Counted from the first letter of the stretch, positions 36,454 through 46,175 are shown. The stretch is DNA of 55,075 bases from an uncultured Oscillospiraceae bacterium (GCA_964516625.1 CAZEXC010000001.1:1-55075), one strand, 5' to 3'. Made by a program: numbers and translations. Notes: generated from the letters alone by a model not told the origin.

Positions 36454-37521
36454 TCAGCAGACGGGGACGACCCAGCCGTAGGGATCGGGGATCTTGCCCC
36501 ACTGGATGCCGGTCACGGTGTCGTACAGCTTCTGCGTCAGCTCGCCGATCCGGAAGCCGCCGATGGTGTGCGCCTGTCCGTTATAGATGATCTGGCCGAT
36601 GGGGGAGATGACGGCGGCGGTGCCGGTGCCCCAGGCCTCCTCCAGCTCGCCGCTCTCCGCCGCGGCGACAAGCTCGTCCACGGAGATGTCGCGCTCCTCC
36701 ACCTCATAGTCCATGCTCTTCAGCACCTCGATAACGGATTTGCGGGTGATGCCGGGAAGGACAGAGCCCTTCGCGAGAGAGGGCGTCACAATCTTGCCGG
36801 AGATTTTGAACATGACGTTCATGGCGCCGACTTCCTCGATGTATTTCTGTTCCACGCCGTCGAGCCACAGCACCTGACTGAGCCCCTTCTGCTCCGCCAG
36901 CTCGCTGGCGTGGAGGGAGGCGGCGTAGTTGCCGCCGCATTTGGCAAAGCCCGTGCCGCCGCGGACGGCGCGCACCTCGCGGCTTTCGATGGCAATCTTG
37001 ACGGGGTTGAGACCCTCGGGGTAATAGCTCCCGACGGGGCTCGTCATGATGCAGAACAGATAGGTGTTGGACGCATGGACGCCCAGATGGGCGTCGGTGG
37101 CGATGATGAAGGGCCGGATGTAAAGGCTGGTGTCCGGCTCCGAGGGAACCCAGTCCTTGTCTACCTCCACCAGCGTTTTGAGGGCTTTCAGATAAATGTC
37201 CTCCGGCACCTGAGGAATGCACAGCTTCTCTGCGGAGCGGTTCATGCGGGCGATGTTCTCCGTCGGGCGGAAAAGCTGGATGGAGCCGCTGGCGGTGCGG
37301 TATGCCTTGAGCCCCTCGAAGATTTCCTGCGCGTAGTGCAGGACCATGGTGGCGGGCTCCAGAGACAGGGGGCCGTAGGGCACGATGCGGGCGTCGTGCC
37401 AGCCCTGACCTTTGGTGTAGTCCATAAGGAACATGTGGTCGGAAAAATAACTGCCGAAGGGGATGCCCTCGATGGCGGGCTTCTGCTTCGGGGCGGTGGT
37501 TCTGGTGATGGTGATGTCCAT
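36454..37521 (-). CDS. ilvE: Branched-chain amino acid aminotransferase
   Basis: 355-aa ORF, class IV aminotransferase of the long type (FGSYFSDHMF, LHYAQEIFEGLKAY, GGTGFAKCGGNY). Confidence 0.92.
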   Translation of the reverse strand: MDITITRTTAPKQKPAIEGIPFGSYFSDHMFLMDYTKGQGWHDARIVPYGPLSLEPATMVLHYAQEIFEGLKAYRTASGSIQLFRPTENIARMNRSAEKLCIPQVPEDIYLKALKTLVEVDKDWVPSEPDTSLYIRPFIIATDAHLGVHASNTYLFCIMTSPVGSYYPEGLNPVKIAIESREVRAVRGGTGFAKCGGNYAASLHASELAEQKGLSQVLWLDGVEQKYIEEVGAMNVMFKISGKIVTPSLAKGSVLPGITRKSVIEVLKSMDYEVEERDISVDELVAAAESGELEEAWGTGTAAVISPIGQIIYNGQAHTIGGFRIGELTQKLYDTVTGIQWGKIPDPYGWVVPVC

Positions 37522-37580
37522 GCTGATGCCTCCTCTTTTATTTCAAAAAAACCAGATGCTTTTGCGGCGTTGTTATAGGC

Positions 37581-37609
37581 ATTATAGTATGTTTTCTCCC
37601 GGTTAGCAA
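37581..37609 (-). promoter_or_regulatory. Sigma-A type promoter of ilvE
   Basis: The minus strand reads TTGCTA-17 nt-TATAAT, about 60 nt upstream of the ATG. Confidence 0.55.
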
Positions 37610-37660
37610 GATAAACGGAGGGAAAAACGGCGTTTTTTTGTTAAAGACTTTCGGTATTTT

Positions 37661-37725
37661 GTAACTTTCTCTATGAATTTCGTAACTAACGTGATATAAT
37701 GTAACAGATAATGTAAAAAGTTACA
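37661..37725 (+). promoter_or_regulatory. GTAAC-repeat region overlapping an extended -10 promoter (TGaTATAAT, 37692..37700) of the lipoprotein/RR/HK operon
   Basis: TTYGTAACT occurs at 37661 and 37682 (21 bp apart). ATAATGTAAMA occurs twice at 37696 and 37708. The inverted repeat TGTAA-N4-TTACA lies at 37712..37725. The -35 is poor. Confidence 0.45.
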
Positions 37726-37743
37726 AGGAAAGAGGTGGGGGGC

Positions 37744-39018
37744 GTGAAAAAAGCGGAGCGGGCGCTCGTCCCGCTTCTGGCGGCGCTCACGGCTCTTTCC
37801 TGCGCCGGGTGCGCGCCTGCGGGGGCGGACGGCCTGTATGCCCTGCCCCGCATGTCCGACGAATACGTCCAGCTTGAAACGCTCATCTCCCAGCGCATCG
37901 AGGACGGCGGCGAATACGCCGCGCCGACCGGCGGCTCGAACCGCCAGTCCGTCCAGCTCCACGACCTTGACGGCGACGGGACGGAGGAGGCCGTTGCTTT
38001 TCTGGCCGACAGCGACCACACCCCCACCGTCTGCGTTTACCGGCGGGGAAGCGGGGAGGAGTACTTTCTTGACACCGTCATATACGGCGAAGGCTCCGCC
38101 GTCGGCAGCGTGGAATACGCCGACGTCAGCGGCGACGGGATTCAGGAGCTCATCCTCACATGGCAGATCGGCGGCGATATGCGTCTTTTGTCGGTCTACT
38201 CCCTTGCGGGGGAGGAGCCTGCGGCGCTGCTGAACGCGGACTGCTCGGAATTTCTCCTGAGCGACCTTGACGGCGACGGGACGGAGGAGCTTATCGACCT
38301 CGTCCTCGAGCCCGGCGGCGGGAGCAGCCTTGTCCGCTATACCTTTGGGGAGGACGGGGGCGCGAGCTCGTCGTCCGCGCTCCTCTCCGAGGGGATAACG
38401 GAGATCCTCCGCGCCCGGACGGGGTATCTGTCCGACGGCGGGACGGCTCTTTTCGTGGAAAGCGGCTGGGAGGACGAGCTTATCACCGACGTGTTCACCG
38501 TCAGCGCGGACGCGGTCCGCAACATCACAATGGCGTCCAGTGGCCGAAGCGGCACCCTCCGCACGAGGGAGGCATACGCCGAGGACATAAACGGCGACCG
38601 GGTCATGGAGCTGCCGGAGGCGTCCGGCGATATCCTGAACTGGTACAGCCTTGACGCGTCCGGGCGGAAGACGCTGGCGATGACCACCTACCACGATTTC
38701 GCAAACGGGTGGTATCTGGCGCTGCCGGAGCTGATGCTGTCGGAGCTGACCGTGGAGACGGAGGACAGCGTTTCCGGCGAGACAGCGGCCGTGTTCACCG
38801 TCGCGGACGGCTCCGGCCGCCAAACGCTTCTTGCCATATACACGCTTACCGGGGAGAACCGGCTTGACCGCGCAGGCGAGGAGGGGCGCTTCGTCCTTGC
38901 CGAGGGCGAAACGACGGTTTACGCCGCCGAGCTTTTCACAGACGCGCTGACCGAGGAAGAAATAACGGACAGCTTTAACCTTATCGCATATACAGAGTGG
39001 CAGACAGGGGTATCGTAA
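37744..39018 (+). CDS. Lipoprotein with FG-GAP/VCBS-like DxDGDG repeats, unknown function
   Basis: ORF-track frame 37735..39018. I prefer in-frame GTG 37744, which gives MKKAERALVPLLAALTALSCAGC (lipobox) behind RBS AGAGGTGGGG. Motifs LHDLDGDGTEE, DVSGDGIQE, LSDLDGDGTEE and EDINGDRVME recur. Confidence 0.7.
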   Translation: MKKAERALVPLLAALTALSCAGCAPAGADGLYALPRMSDEYVQLETLISQRIEDGGEYAAPTGGSNRQSVQLHDLDGDGTEEAVAFLADSDHTPTVCVYRRGSGEEYFLDTVIYGEGSAVGSVEYADVSGDGIQELILTWQIGGDMRLLSVYSLAGEEPAALLNADCSEFLLSDLDGDGTEELIDLVLEPGGGSSLVRYTFGEDGGASSSSALLSEGITEILRARTGYLSDGGTALFVESGWEDELITDVFTVSADAVRNITMASSGRSGTLRTREAYAEDINGDRVMELPEASGDILNWYSLDASGRKTLAMTTYHDFANGWYLALPELMLSELTVETEDSVSGETAAVFTVADGSGRQTLLAIYTLTGENRLDRAGEEGRFVLAEGETTVYAAELFTDALTEEEITDSFNLIAYTEWQTGVS

Positions 39019-39030
39019 GGAGGAAGAAAG

Positions 39031-39720
39031 ATGAAAAAGGTACTGGTGCTGGAGGACGAGTCGAGCATACGCAGCTTCGTGGTCATAAACCTCAAGCGTT
39101 CCGGCTATGAGCCCATCGAGGCGGAGACAGGCGAGCAGGCGCTGGAGCAGCTCAAGCAGAACCCCGATATCAAGGTGGCGCTGCTGGACGTGATGCTGCC
39201 GGACATCGACGGCTTCGAGGTATGCCGCCGCATCCGCGCCGGCGACTCGAAGATCGGCATCATCATGCTGACCGCGAAATCTCAGGAGATGGACAAGGTG
39301 ACCGGCCTTATGACCGGCGCGGACGACTATGTGACAAAGCCCTTTTCCCCCGCGGAGCTCACCGCCCGCATCGACGCGCTTTTCCGCCGCACGGGAAACG
39401 ACGAGTCTCAGGAGGACACCGGCGAGCTGCACCACGGCCCCTTCCGCCTGAACACCCGCAACCGCACGCTGGAGAAAAACGGCGAGCGCATAAAGCTTAC
39501 GCAGATCGAATATTCCATCATGAAGCTGTTTATGGACAACCCCGGCCGGGCCCTGTCCCGGGAGGACATCCTGAATGCCGTCTGGGGACGGGACTACTTC
39601 GGCGAGCTGAAGATCGTCGATGTGAACATCCGCCGTCTGCGCATAAAGATCGAGGACAACAGCACCATCCCCACCTACATCACCACGGTTTGGGGCTACG
39701 GCTATAAGTGGGGGTTCTGA
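39031..39720 (+). CDS. OmpR-family response regulator
   Basis: 229-aa ORF with a receiver domain (LVLEDE...LLDVMLPDIDG) and a winged-helix C-terminus (YITTVWGYGYKW). Confidence 0.92.
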   Translation: MKKVLVLEDESSIRSFVVINLKRSGYEPIEAETGEQALEQLKQNPDIKVALLDVMLPDIDGFEVCRRIRAGDSKIGIIMLTAKSQEMDKVTGLMTGADDYVTKPFSPAELTARIDALFRRTGNDESQEDTGELHHGPFRLNTRNRTLEKNGERIKLTQIEYSIMKLFMDNPGRALSREDILNAVWGRDYFGELKIVDVNIRRLRIKIEDNSTIPTYITTVWGYGYKWGF

Positions 39721-39766
39721 CGAACCTGCGCGCCTGAAAACGGACAGGGAAAGGAAGTGAAGCGCC

Positions 39767-41206
39767 ATGGAAACGACAAAGCGCGCCCGGGGGCTCCGGG
39801 TGCGCTGGCTGCGCTCCGGCATACTGCTGACCGTCGTTATCGTGGCGCTGTTCACGGCTGTGGTATCCCTTGGCGCGCGCAGCTACTGCTATAACGCGGT
39901 TCGCACAGGGCTGACCGCCAAGGCTCAGTCCGCCTCGGCCTTTTTTACGGGGTACATCTCCCAGACCTACGGCGAATATTACCAGAGCGCCTATCGCTAT
40001 ACGGAAAGCTTTGAGGACAAGGACGTCATAAGCCTCCAGTTCATCAATACCCGCGGCGCGGTGGAGATATCGAGCTACGGCATCTCCGCCGGGACGACGC
40101 CCGGCACGCCGGACGTGGAGACGGCGCTGACGGAAAAGACCGTCGGCTCATGGACGGGCCGGAGCGCGGCGGGCGAGCGGGTCATGGCTGTCACAGCGCC
40201 GCTTTTGACGGCGGACGGCTCCGTGGTCGGCGCCATGCGGTATGTGACGAGCCTGCGCCTCGTGTCCCGGCAGGTGCGCGCCGTTACCGCGCTGGCGGCG
40301 GGGGTCGGCCTTATCATCATACTGGCGGTGGTGCTGTCGAATATGTACTTTATCCGCACGGTGACGGAACCGCTCGTGGAGCTCACCGCTCTGGCCCGGC
40401 GCATCGCGGAGGGCTCCTACGGCATACAGGCCCAGCGGAAATATGACGACGAGATCGGCGACCTCACCGACGCCATCAACGAGATGAGCGTCAAGATAGG
40501 CGAGGCGGAACGGACGCAGACGGAATTTATCTCCTCCGTTTCCCATGAGCTGCGAACGCCCCTGACCGCCATCACCGGCTGGTCGGAGACGCTGGCCTAT
40601 GACGACGCCATCACCGGCGACTCCCGGCGGGGCATCGAGATCATCGCCAAGGAATCCGGGCGGCTCACGAAGATGGTGGAGGAGCTTTTGGAATTTACCC
40701 GCATCCAGGACGGGCGCTTCAACCTGAACGTCGTGCCTATGGACGTGGCCGGGGAGCTGGCGGACGCGCTGTTTGCGTACGGAAAGCTGCTGGCCAAGGA
40801 GGGCATGACGGTGGAATATACGCCGCCGCCGACGCGGATCCCCAATATCCTGGGGGACGCGGAGCGGCTCAAGCAGGTGTTTTTGAATATCATGGACAAC
40901 GCCGCCAAATATGGCCGCGAGGCCGGGCGCATCGTTGTCACCATCGGGGCTACGGGAAGCTGGGTGGTCATCCGCTTTCGGGATTTCGGCCCCGGCATCC
41001 CGCCGGAGGAGCTTCCCTATGTCAAGAAAAAATTCTACAAGGGCAGCGGCAAGGAGCGCGGAAGCGGCATCGGTCTTTCCGTGTGCGACGAGATCATCAC
41101 CCGGCACAAGGGGCGTCTGGAGCTGGAAAACGCCACCGACGGCCGCACGGGGCTTATCGTCACGATCACCCTTCCCGTCATAAACGAGGAAGAGCTGACC
41201 ATATAG
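39767..41206 (+). CDS. Sensor histidine kinase (two TM helices, extracytoplasmic loop of about 150 aa, HAMP, HisKA, HATPase_c)
   Basis: 479-aa ORF with H-box SHELRTPLTAI, N-box NAAKYG, and G-boxes DFGPGI and GSGIGL. Confidence 0.92.
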   Translation: METTKRARGLRVRWLRSGILLTVVIVALFTAVVSLGARSYCYNAVRTGLTAKAQSASAFFTGYISQTYGEYYQSAYRYTESFEDKDVISLQFINTRGAVEISSYGISAGTTPGTPDVETALTEKTVGSWTGRSAAGERVMAVTAPLLTADGSVVGAMRYVTSLRLVSRQVRAVTALAAGVGLIIILAVVLSNMYFIRTVTEPLVELTALARRIAEGSYGIQAQRKYDDEIGDLTDAINEMSVKIGEAERTQTEFISSVSHELRTPLTAITGWSETLAYDDAITGDSRRGIEIIAKESGRLTKMVEELLEFTRIQDGRFNLNVVPMDVAGELADALFAYGKLLAKEGMTVEYTPPPTRIPNILGDAERLKQVFLNIMDNAAKYGREAGRIVVTIGATGSWVVIRFRDFGPGIPPEELPYVKKKFYKGSGKERGSGIGLSVCDEIITRHKGRLELENATDGRTGLIVTITLPVINEEELTI

Positions 41207-41233
41207 CAGATCCAAATCAAGAAAGGCGGTATC

Positions 41234-42199
41234 ATGGCAGAGGAACAAAACAAAAATTTTCGCACGTCCATCGGCGGTCAGGCGCTGATCGAGGGCATCC
41301 TCATGCGCGGCGTGGATAAGCAGTCCGTCGTCATCCGCGCGCCGGACGGCGGGCTCGTATCGAAGGTCGATCCGCTCCACCCCCCGCGGGAAAAGCATCC
41401 CGTGCTGGGCTGGCCGTTCATACGCGGCGTTGTAAATTTTATCGACAGCATGGTGCAGGGCATGAAGGCGCTGACGTATTCGGCTCAGTTCATGCCGGAG
41501 GAGGAGCAGGAGCAGCCGTCGAAGCTCGATCTGTGGATAGAAAAAAAGTTCGGCACGGAAAAGGCGGAGAAGTTCGTCATCGGCACGGCGATGGTGCTCG
41601 GGCTTGCTCTGGCGGTGGGGCTGTTCATCTTCCTGCCTACGTTCCTTGTGGGCCTTATCCCCGGCCTGAAAACGGGACATGACGGCCTGCGGACGCTTCT
41701 GGAGGGCGTCGTGAAGCTCGTCATATTCCTTGCTTATATGTACGGCGTTTCCAGAATGAAGGATATCCGGCGCCTGTTTTCCTATCACGGCGCGGAGCAC
41801 AAAACCATCTTCTGTTACGAGCACGGCAAGGAGCTGACGGTGGAAAACGCGCGGACGGAAAGCCGCCTCCACCCCCGCTGCGGCACGAGCTTTCTGCTGG
41901 TGGTCATCATCCTGTCCATTTTTGTGTTTATCCTTGTAAATTCCTTCCTGCATGTGGACAATACGTTTTTGCGCATCCTCGTAAAGCTCGTGCTCCTGCC
42001 GGTGGTGGTGGCGCTGACCTATGAGCTGAACCGCTGGCTCGGACGCCACGACGACAAGCTGATCTCCCGCATCCTTTCGTGGCCCGGGCGGCAGCTCCAG
42101 CGCCTGACGACCAGCGAGCCGGACGACTCCATGCTTGAGGTGGCCATTCAGGCGATGAAGCTTGTGATACCGGATGTGCGGGGCTCGGACGCATACTGA
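41234..42199 (+). CDS. DUF1385 membrane protein (YqhQ-like, commonly adjacent to prmC)
   Basis: 321-aa ORF with N-terminal IGGQALIEGILMRG, the HGAEHK motif and several TM helices. Confidence 0.82.
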   Translation: MAEEQNKNFRTSIGGQALIEGILMRGVDKQSVVIRAPDGGLVSKVDPLHPPREKHPVLGWPFIRGVVNFIDSMVQGMKALTYSAQFMPEEEQEQPSKLDLWIEKKFGTEKAEKFVIGTAMVLGLALAVGLFIFLPTFLVGLIPGLKTGHDGLRTLLEGVVKLVIFLAYMYGVSRMKDIRRLFSYHGAEHKTIFCYEHGKELTVENARTESRLHPRCGTSFLLVVIILSIFVFILVNSFLHVDNTFLRILVKLVLLPVVVALTYELNRWLGRHDDKLISRILSWPGRQLQRLTTSEPDDSMLEVAIQAMKLVIPDVRGSDAY

Positions 42200-42223
42200 C
42201 GAACGGACGAACGGATATGAGCT

Positions 42224-43084
42224 ATGGCAAAGACATATAACGACATATACATAGACACCCGGAAAAGGCTCAAAAACGCCGGTATCGAGGCGTGCGGGCT
42301 GGAGGCGCGGCTCATCGTGGCCGGCGCGGCGGGAAAAACGGTCGCCCAGCTCACGCGGGATCTGCCCCTGTACGCCGGGGACAGGCTTGCCGACACGGTG
42401 CGGGCGATGGTCGACCGGCGGCTTGCCGGCGAGCCGGTGGCGTATATCACGGGAAGCTGGGAGTTTTACGGCGTGGAGCTCGAGATAACGCGGGACGTGC
42501 TCATCCCCCGCGCCGATACGGAGGTTCTTGTGCAGGCCGCCATCGAGCTGTTTTCCGGCAAAAACGGCCGGCCCCGCATCCTCGACCTGTGCGCCGGCTC
42601 CGGCTGTATAGGCTGCGCTCTGGCCGCGCACATGCCGGGGGCGAAGGTCGTTTTGGCGGACAACGATCTCCGGGCGCTTTCCGTGTGCCGGAGGAATGTG
42701 GAGAAAAACGGTCTGGAAGGCCGGGCCGTGTGCGTGGACGCGGACGCGACGGAAAAGCCGCCCATGCTTTTGGGGAAATTCGATCTGCTCGTCTGCAACG
42801 CGCCCTATGTCCCCAGCGCGGAGCTGGAGACGCTCGACCCGTCCGTAAGGGATTATGAGCCTGTGGCCGCGCTGGACGGCGGAGAGGACGGGCTCGATAT
42901 CATCCGAGCGGTGCTGCGGCTGTGGACGTCCGTTTTGAAGCGGGGCGGGACGGTCATGCTGGAGGTCGGCGAGGGACAGGCTCCCCCGGTCATGGAGCTG
43001 CTGCAAAAGGCGGGCTATGCCGATATCGAGGCGCTGGAGGATACCGCCGGGACGGCGCGGGTCGTCGTCGGGCGTCTGCCGTAA
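42224..43084 (+). CDS. prmC: Peptide chain release factor N5-glutamine methyltransferase
   Basis: 286-aa ORF with the SAM motif LDLCAGSGCIG. Motif IV reads NAPYV (the canonical form is NPPY). Confidence 0.88.
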   Translation: MAKTYNDIYIDTRKRLKNAGIEACGLEARLIVAGAAGKTVAQLTRDLPLYAGDRLADTVRAMVDRRLAGEPVAYITGSWEFYGVELEITRDVLIPRADTEVLVQAAIELFSGKNGRPRILDLCAGSGCIGCALAAHMPGAKVVLADNDLRALSVCRRNVEKNGLEGRAVCVDADATEKPPMLLGKFDLLVCNAPYVPSAELETLDPSVRDYEPVAALDGGEDGLDIIRAVLRLWTSVLKRGGTVMLEVGEGQAPPVMELLQKAGYADIEALEDTAGTARVVVGRLP

Positions 43085-43137
43085 CGGCAAAAAAATAGAA
43101 AGAGCCGCTCTTTCGGGCGGCGGCAAAGGAGAAGCTT

Positions 43138-44250
43138 ATGGCGACCAACAAAAAGACCCCCGTAACGCAGGTGGGGCAGGCGGCGGACAAGAAAAAGGCG
43201 CTGGAAACGGCGCTGCACCAGATAGAGAAGGACTACGGCAAGGGCGCTATCATGCGTCTGGGCGAGGATATTCCCGTGAACGTGGAGGCCATCTCCACCG
43301 GCTCCCTCGGGCTGGACGTGGCTCTTGGCATCGGCGGCGTCCCAAGAGGCCGCATCGTGGAGATATACGGCCCGGAGGCCAGCGGCAAGACGACCCTTGC
43401 CCTGCATATCGTGGCCTCCGCGCAGAAGGGCGGCGGCGAGGCCGCGTACATCGACGTGGAGCACGCGCTGGAGCCGGCTTACGCCCGGGCGGTCGGCGTG
43501 GATATCGACAACCTCCTGATCTCTCAGCCGGACACCGCCGAGCAGGCGCTCCAGATAGCCGAGGCGCTGGTACGCTCCGGCGCCATCGACGTCATCGTCG
43601 TGGACTCCGTGGCGGCGCTCCTCCCGCGCAGCGAGCTGGAGGGGGATATGGGCGATTCCTCCGTGGGCGTTCTGGCGCGGCTCATGAGTCAGGCGCTCCG
43701 CAAGCTTGCGGGCATCGTGTCGAAGACGAACACCATCGTCATCTTCATAAACCAGCTCCGCGAGAAGATCGGCGTCATGTACGGGAACCCCGAAACGACG
43801 CCCGGCGGCCGCGCGCTGAAATATTATTCCAGCGTCCGTCTGGACGTGCGCCGGGTGGAGGCCATCAAAAACGGCGACGAGATGATAGGCAACCGCACCC
43901 GCGTGAAGGTCGTGAAAAACAAGGTCGCGCCCCCGTTCAAGGAGACGCAGTTCGATATCATATACGGCGAGGGCATCTCGAAGATCGGCGAGATCGTGGA
44001 CATGGGCGTGCGTCTGGAGCTCATCGAAAAGGCCGGCGCGTGGTTCACCTGCTGCGGCGAGCGTATCCAGGGCCGCGAGGGCGTCAAGGAATTTTTGCAG
44101 GAAAATCCCGACAAGGCCGCCGAGCTGGAGGAGCAGATACGCGCGAACGCCCACAAGCTCATGACGCCGCAGGCGGTGAAGGCCGCCAAGGCCGCCGGCC
44201 GCGCCGTGGACGTCAGCGCCGAGGATTTCGACGACGGCGGCGGGGAATAA
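43138..44250 (+). CDS. recA: Recombinase RecA
   Basis: 370-aa ORF with [23 protein letters not shown], Walker [13 protein letters not shown] and the [22 protein letters not shown] block. Confidence 0.97.
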   Translation: MATNKKTPVTQVGQAADKKKALETALHQIEKDYGKGAIMRLGEDIPVNVEAISTGSLGLDVALGIGGVPRGRIVEIYGPEASGKTTLALHIVASAQKGGGEAAYIDVEHALEPAYARAVGVDIDNLLISQPDTAEQALQIAEALVRSGAIDVIVVDSVAALLPRSELEGDMGDSSVGVLARLMSQALRKLAGIVSKTNTIVIFINQLREKIGVMYGNPETTPGGRALKYYSSVRLDVRRVEAIKNGDEMIGNRTRVKVVKNKVAPPFKETQFDIIYGEGISKIGEIVDMGVRLELIEKAGAWFTCCGERIQGREGVKEFLQENPDKAAELEEQIRANAHKLMTPQAVKAAKAAGRAVDVSAEDFDDGGGE

Positions 44251-44259
44251 GCGCACGCC

Positions 44260-44802
44260 GTGGAACCGAAAAGAAAACGATACGCCGTCAGGCCGGCGTC
44301 GGAGGAACCGGCGTCGGACGGCGCGCGCCCGGGCCGGGAAAAGCAGCGCCTTACGCCTCTGGAACAGGCGAAAAAATGGGCCGCGGACTATCTGGCCCGC
44401 CCCCATTCCGAAAAAGAAGTGCGGGACAAGCTCCGGGAAAAGGGCTGCGCGCCGGAGGACATCGACACGGTCTGCGCCCTGTGCGTGGATTACGGCTTTA
44501 TAGACGACGCGGAATATGCCGCCATGGTCGTCCGCCATTATGCCGGACGGGGCTACGGCCCGGGGCGCATCCGCGTGGAGCTTGGCCGCCGGGGCGTCGG
44601 CCGCGAGCTGTGGGACGCGGCGCTTTCCGAGCTGCCGGAGGACGGCGGGGAGACCATCGACCGGCTTCTGGCCGCCCGTCTGCGCGGGAAGGACGCATCC
44701 GACCGCAGGGAACGGGACAAGGCGGCAAACGCCCTGTACCGCCGGGGCTTTTCCTGGGACGATATCCGCGCTGCCATGGCGCGGTACGGCCGGGAGGAAT
44801 AA
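44260..44802 (+). CDS. recX: Recombination regulator RecX
   Basis: 180-aa ORF (GTG start) directly after recA, with repeated three-helix pattern, YAxxYLARxxxSExEV-type N-terminus and a C-terminal LxRRGFSWDDI. Confidence 0.8.
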   Translation: MEPKRKRYAVRPASEEPASDGARPGREKQRLTPLEQAKKWAADYLARPHSEKEVRDKLREKGCAPEDIDTVCALCVDYGFIDDAEYAAMVVRHYAGRGYGPGRIRVELGRRGVGRELWDAALSELPEDGGETIDRLLAARLRGKDASDRRERDKAANALYRRGFSWDDIRAAMARYGREE

Positions 44803-44819
44803 TACGCGGAGAGACAAGC

Positions 44820-46121
44820 ATGAAAGTATCGTTCACATCCCTTGGATGCGCGAAAAACCTCATAGATTCCGAGCAGATGATGGCTCTCGTCGCCGAGGCG
44901 GGGCACACGCTCGTTTCCGATCCCGCCGAGGCCGACGCCGCGGTAGTCAATACCTGCGCCTTTATCGAGGCCGCCCAGCAGGAGGCCATCGACGCCATTT
45001 TGGAGCTGGCGGAGCTGAAAAAAACCGGCTCTCTCCGCCGTCTGGTGGTGACGGGATGCCTGCCCCAGCGGTATCAGGGGGATATTTTGCGGGAGATCCC
45101 GGAGATAGACGCCGTGCTCGGCACGGCGAGCTTTCCCGACATCGTCCGGGCGCTGGAGTCGGACGAGCGGCACTTTTCCCGCTTTCTGGATAAAAACGCT
45201 CCCCTGCCGGAGCTTCCCCGGGCGGTGTCCACCGGCCCGGCCTGGGCCTATATAAAGGTCGCGGACGGCTGCGACAACCGCTGCGCCTACTGCGTCATCC
45301 CCTCCATCCGGGGGCGCTACCGCTCCCGCCCGGCGCAGGCCGTGCTGGAGGAGGCCCGCGCGCTGGGGCGGGCCGGGGTTAAGGAGCTCATTCTCGTGGC
45401 TCAGAACCTCACCCATTACGGAAAGGATCTCCGGGACGGCACGACGCTCGCCATGCTTCTGCGCGAGCTTGCGAGGGTCCCCGGCATCGAGTGGATACGT
45501 CTGCATTACCTCTACCCCAGCGAAATGACGGACGAGCTCATAGACGTCATCGCCGACGAGCCGAAGGTCGTAAAATATCTCGACATGCCCATCCAGCATG
45601 TAAACGACCGCATCCTCCGCAGCATGCGCCGGCCGGAGACGAAGGCGCAGATAACGGCGCTTTTCGACAGGCTCCGGGCGCGTATAGACGGCGTGGTGCT
45701 CCGCACGAGCCTCATCGTCGGTCTGCCCGGCGAGGGACAGGCGGAGTTTGAGGAGCTCATGGATTTTCTGCGGGAGCAGAAGCTCCCCCGCGCCGGGGTG
45801 TTCGCGTACTCCCCGCAGGAGGGGACGGACGCCGCCGAAATGCCCGGCCGATGTACGGAGGAGCAGGCGCAAAGCCGCCGTATGCAGGTCATGGAGCTGC
45901 AAAACCGCATCATGGACGAATACGACCGGGAGCAGATAGGCCGCGAGTTTTCTGTCCTTTGCGAGGGCCGGGAGGACGATATGTGGTTTGGCCGCCGCTA
46001 TGCCGATTCGCCGGATATCGACGGGCAGGTGTATTTCACCGGCTCCGCCGCGCCGGGCGATTTTGTCCGCGTTCGCATCACCGGCGCGGACGGCGGCGTT
46101 TTGACGGGCGAGGCGGTATAG
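44820..46121 (+). CDS. rimO: Ribosomal protein S12 methylthiotransferase RimO
   Basis: The ORF-track entry 43017..46121 was trimmed to MKVSFTSLGCAKNLIDSE (433 aa). It has the UPF0004 N-domain, the radical SAM cluster CDNRCAYC and a C-terminal TRAM domain. Confidence 0.9.
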   Translation: MKVSFTSLGCAKNLIDSEQMMALVAEAGHTLVSDPAEADAAVVNTCAFIEAAQQEAIDAILELAELKKTGSLRRLVVTGCLPQRYQGDILREIPEIDAVLGTASFPDIVRALESDERHFSRFLDKNAPLPELPRAVSTGPAWAYIKVADGCDNRCAYCVIPSIRGRYRSRPAQAVLEEARALGRAGVKELILVAQNLTHYGKDLRDGTTLAMLLRELARVPGIEWIRLHYLYPSEMTDELIDVIADEPKVVKYLDMPIQHVNDRILRSMRRPETKAQITALFDRLRARIDGVVLRTSLIVGLPGEGQAEFEELMDFLREQKLPRAGVFAYSPQEGTDAAEMPGRCTEEQAQSRRMQVMELQNRIMDEYDREQIGREFSVLCEGREDDMWFGRRYADSPDIDGQVYFTGSAAPGDFVRVRITGADGGVLTGEAV

Positions 46122-46175
46122 ACCGCCGGCGCCGTTTCTTCCGGCCGCGAATATGATATATATGGTGATATACCT

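Noticed and set aside
40148-43126. 992-aa minus-strand ORF spanning the histidine kinase, DUF1385 and prmC genes plus their spacers. At first sight it looks like a giant gene.
   Set aside because: The three plus-strand genes happen to share one reading-frame phase: 39767, 41234 and 42224 are all congruent to 2 mod 3. The register-locked shadow ORF therefore simply runs through all three. The product is low-complexity and has no RBS or promoter context.
43085-43137. Searched for a LexA/DinR SOS box upstream of recA.
   Set aside because: No GAAC-N4-GTTC-like motif is present, so no SOS operator is annotated. See the palindrome finding for what is there instead.
43017-44819. The ORF-track entry 43017..46121 (1034 aa) suggests a huge protein overlapping recA and recX.
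   Set aside because: Only the last 433 aa (from ATG 44820, MKVSFTSLGCAKN...) are RimO. The upstream 600 codons are an open alternative frame over recA/recX, with Arg/Gly-rich nonsense translation.
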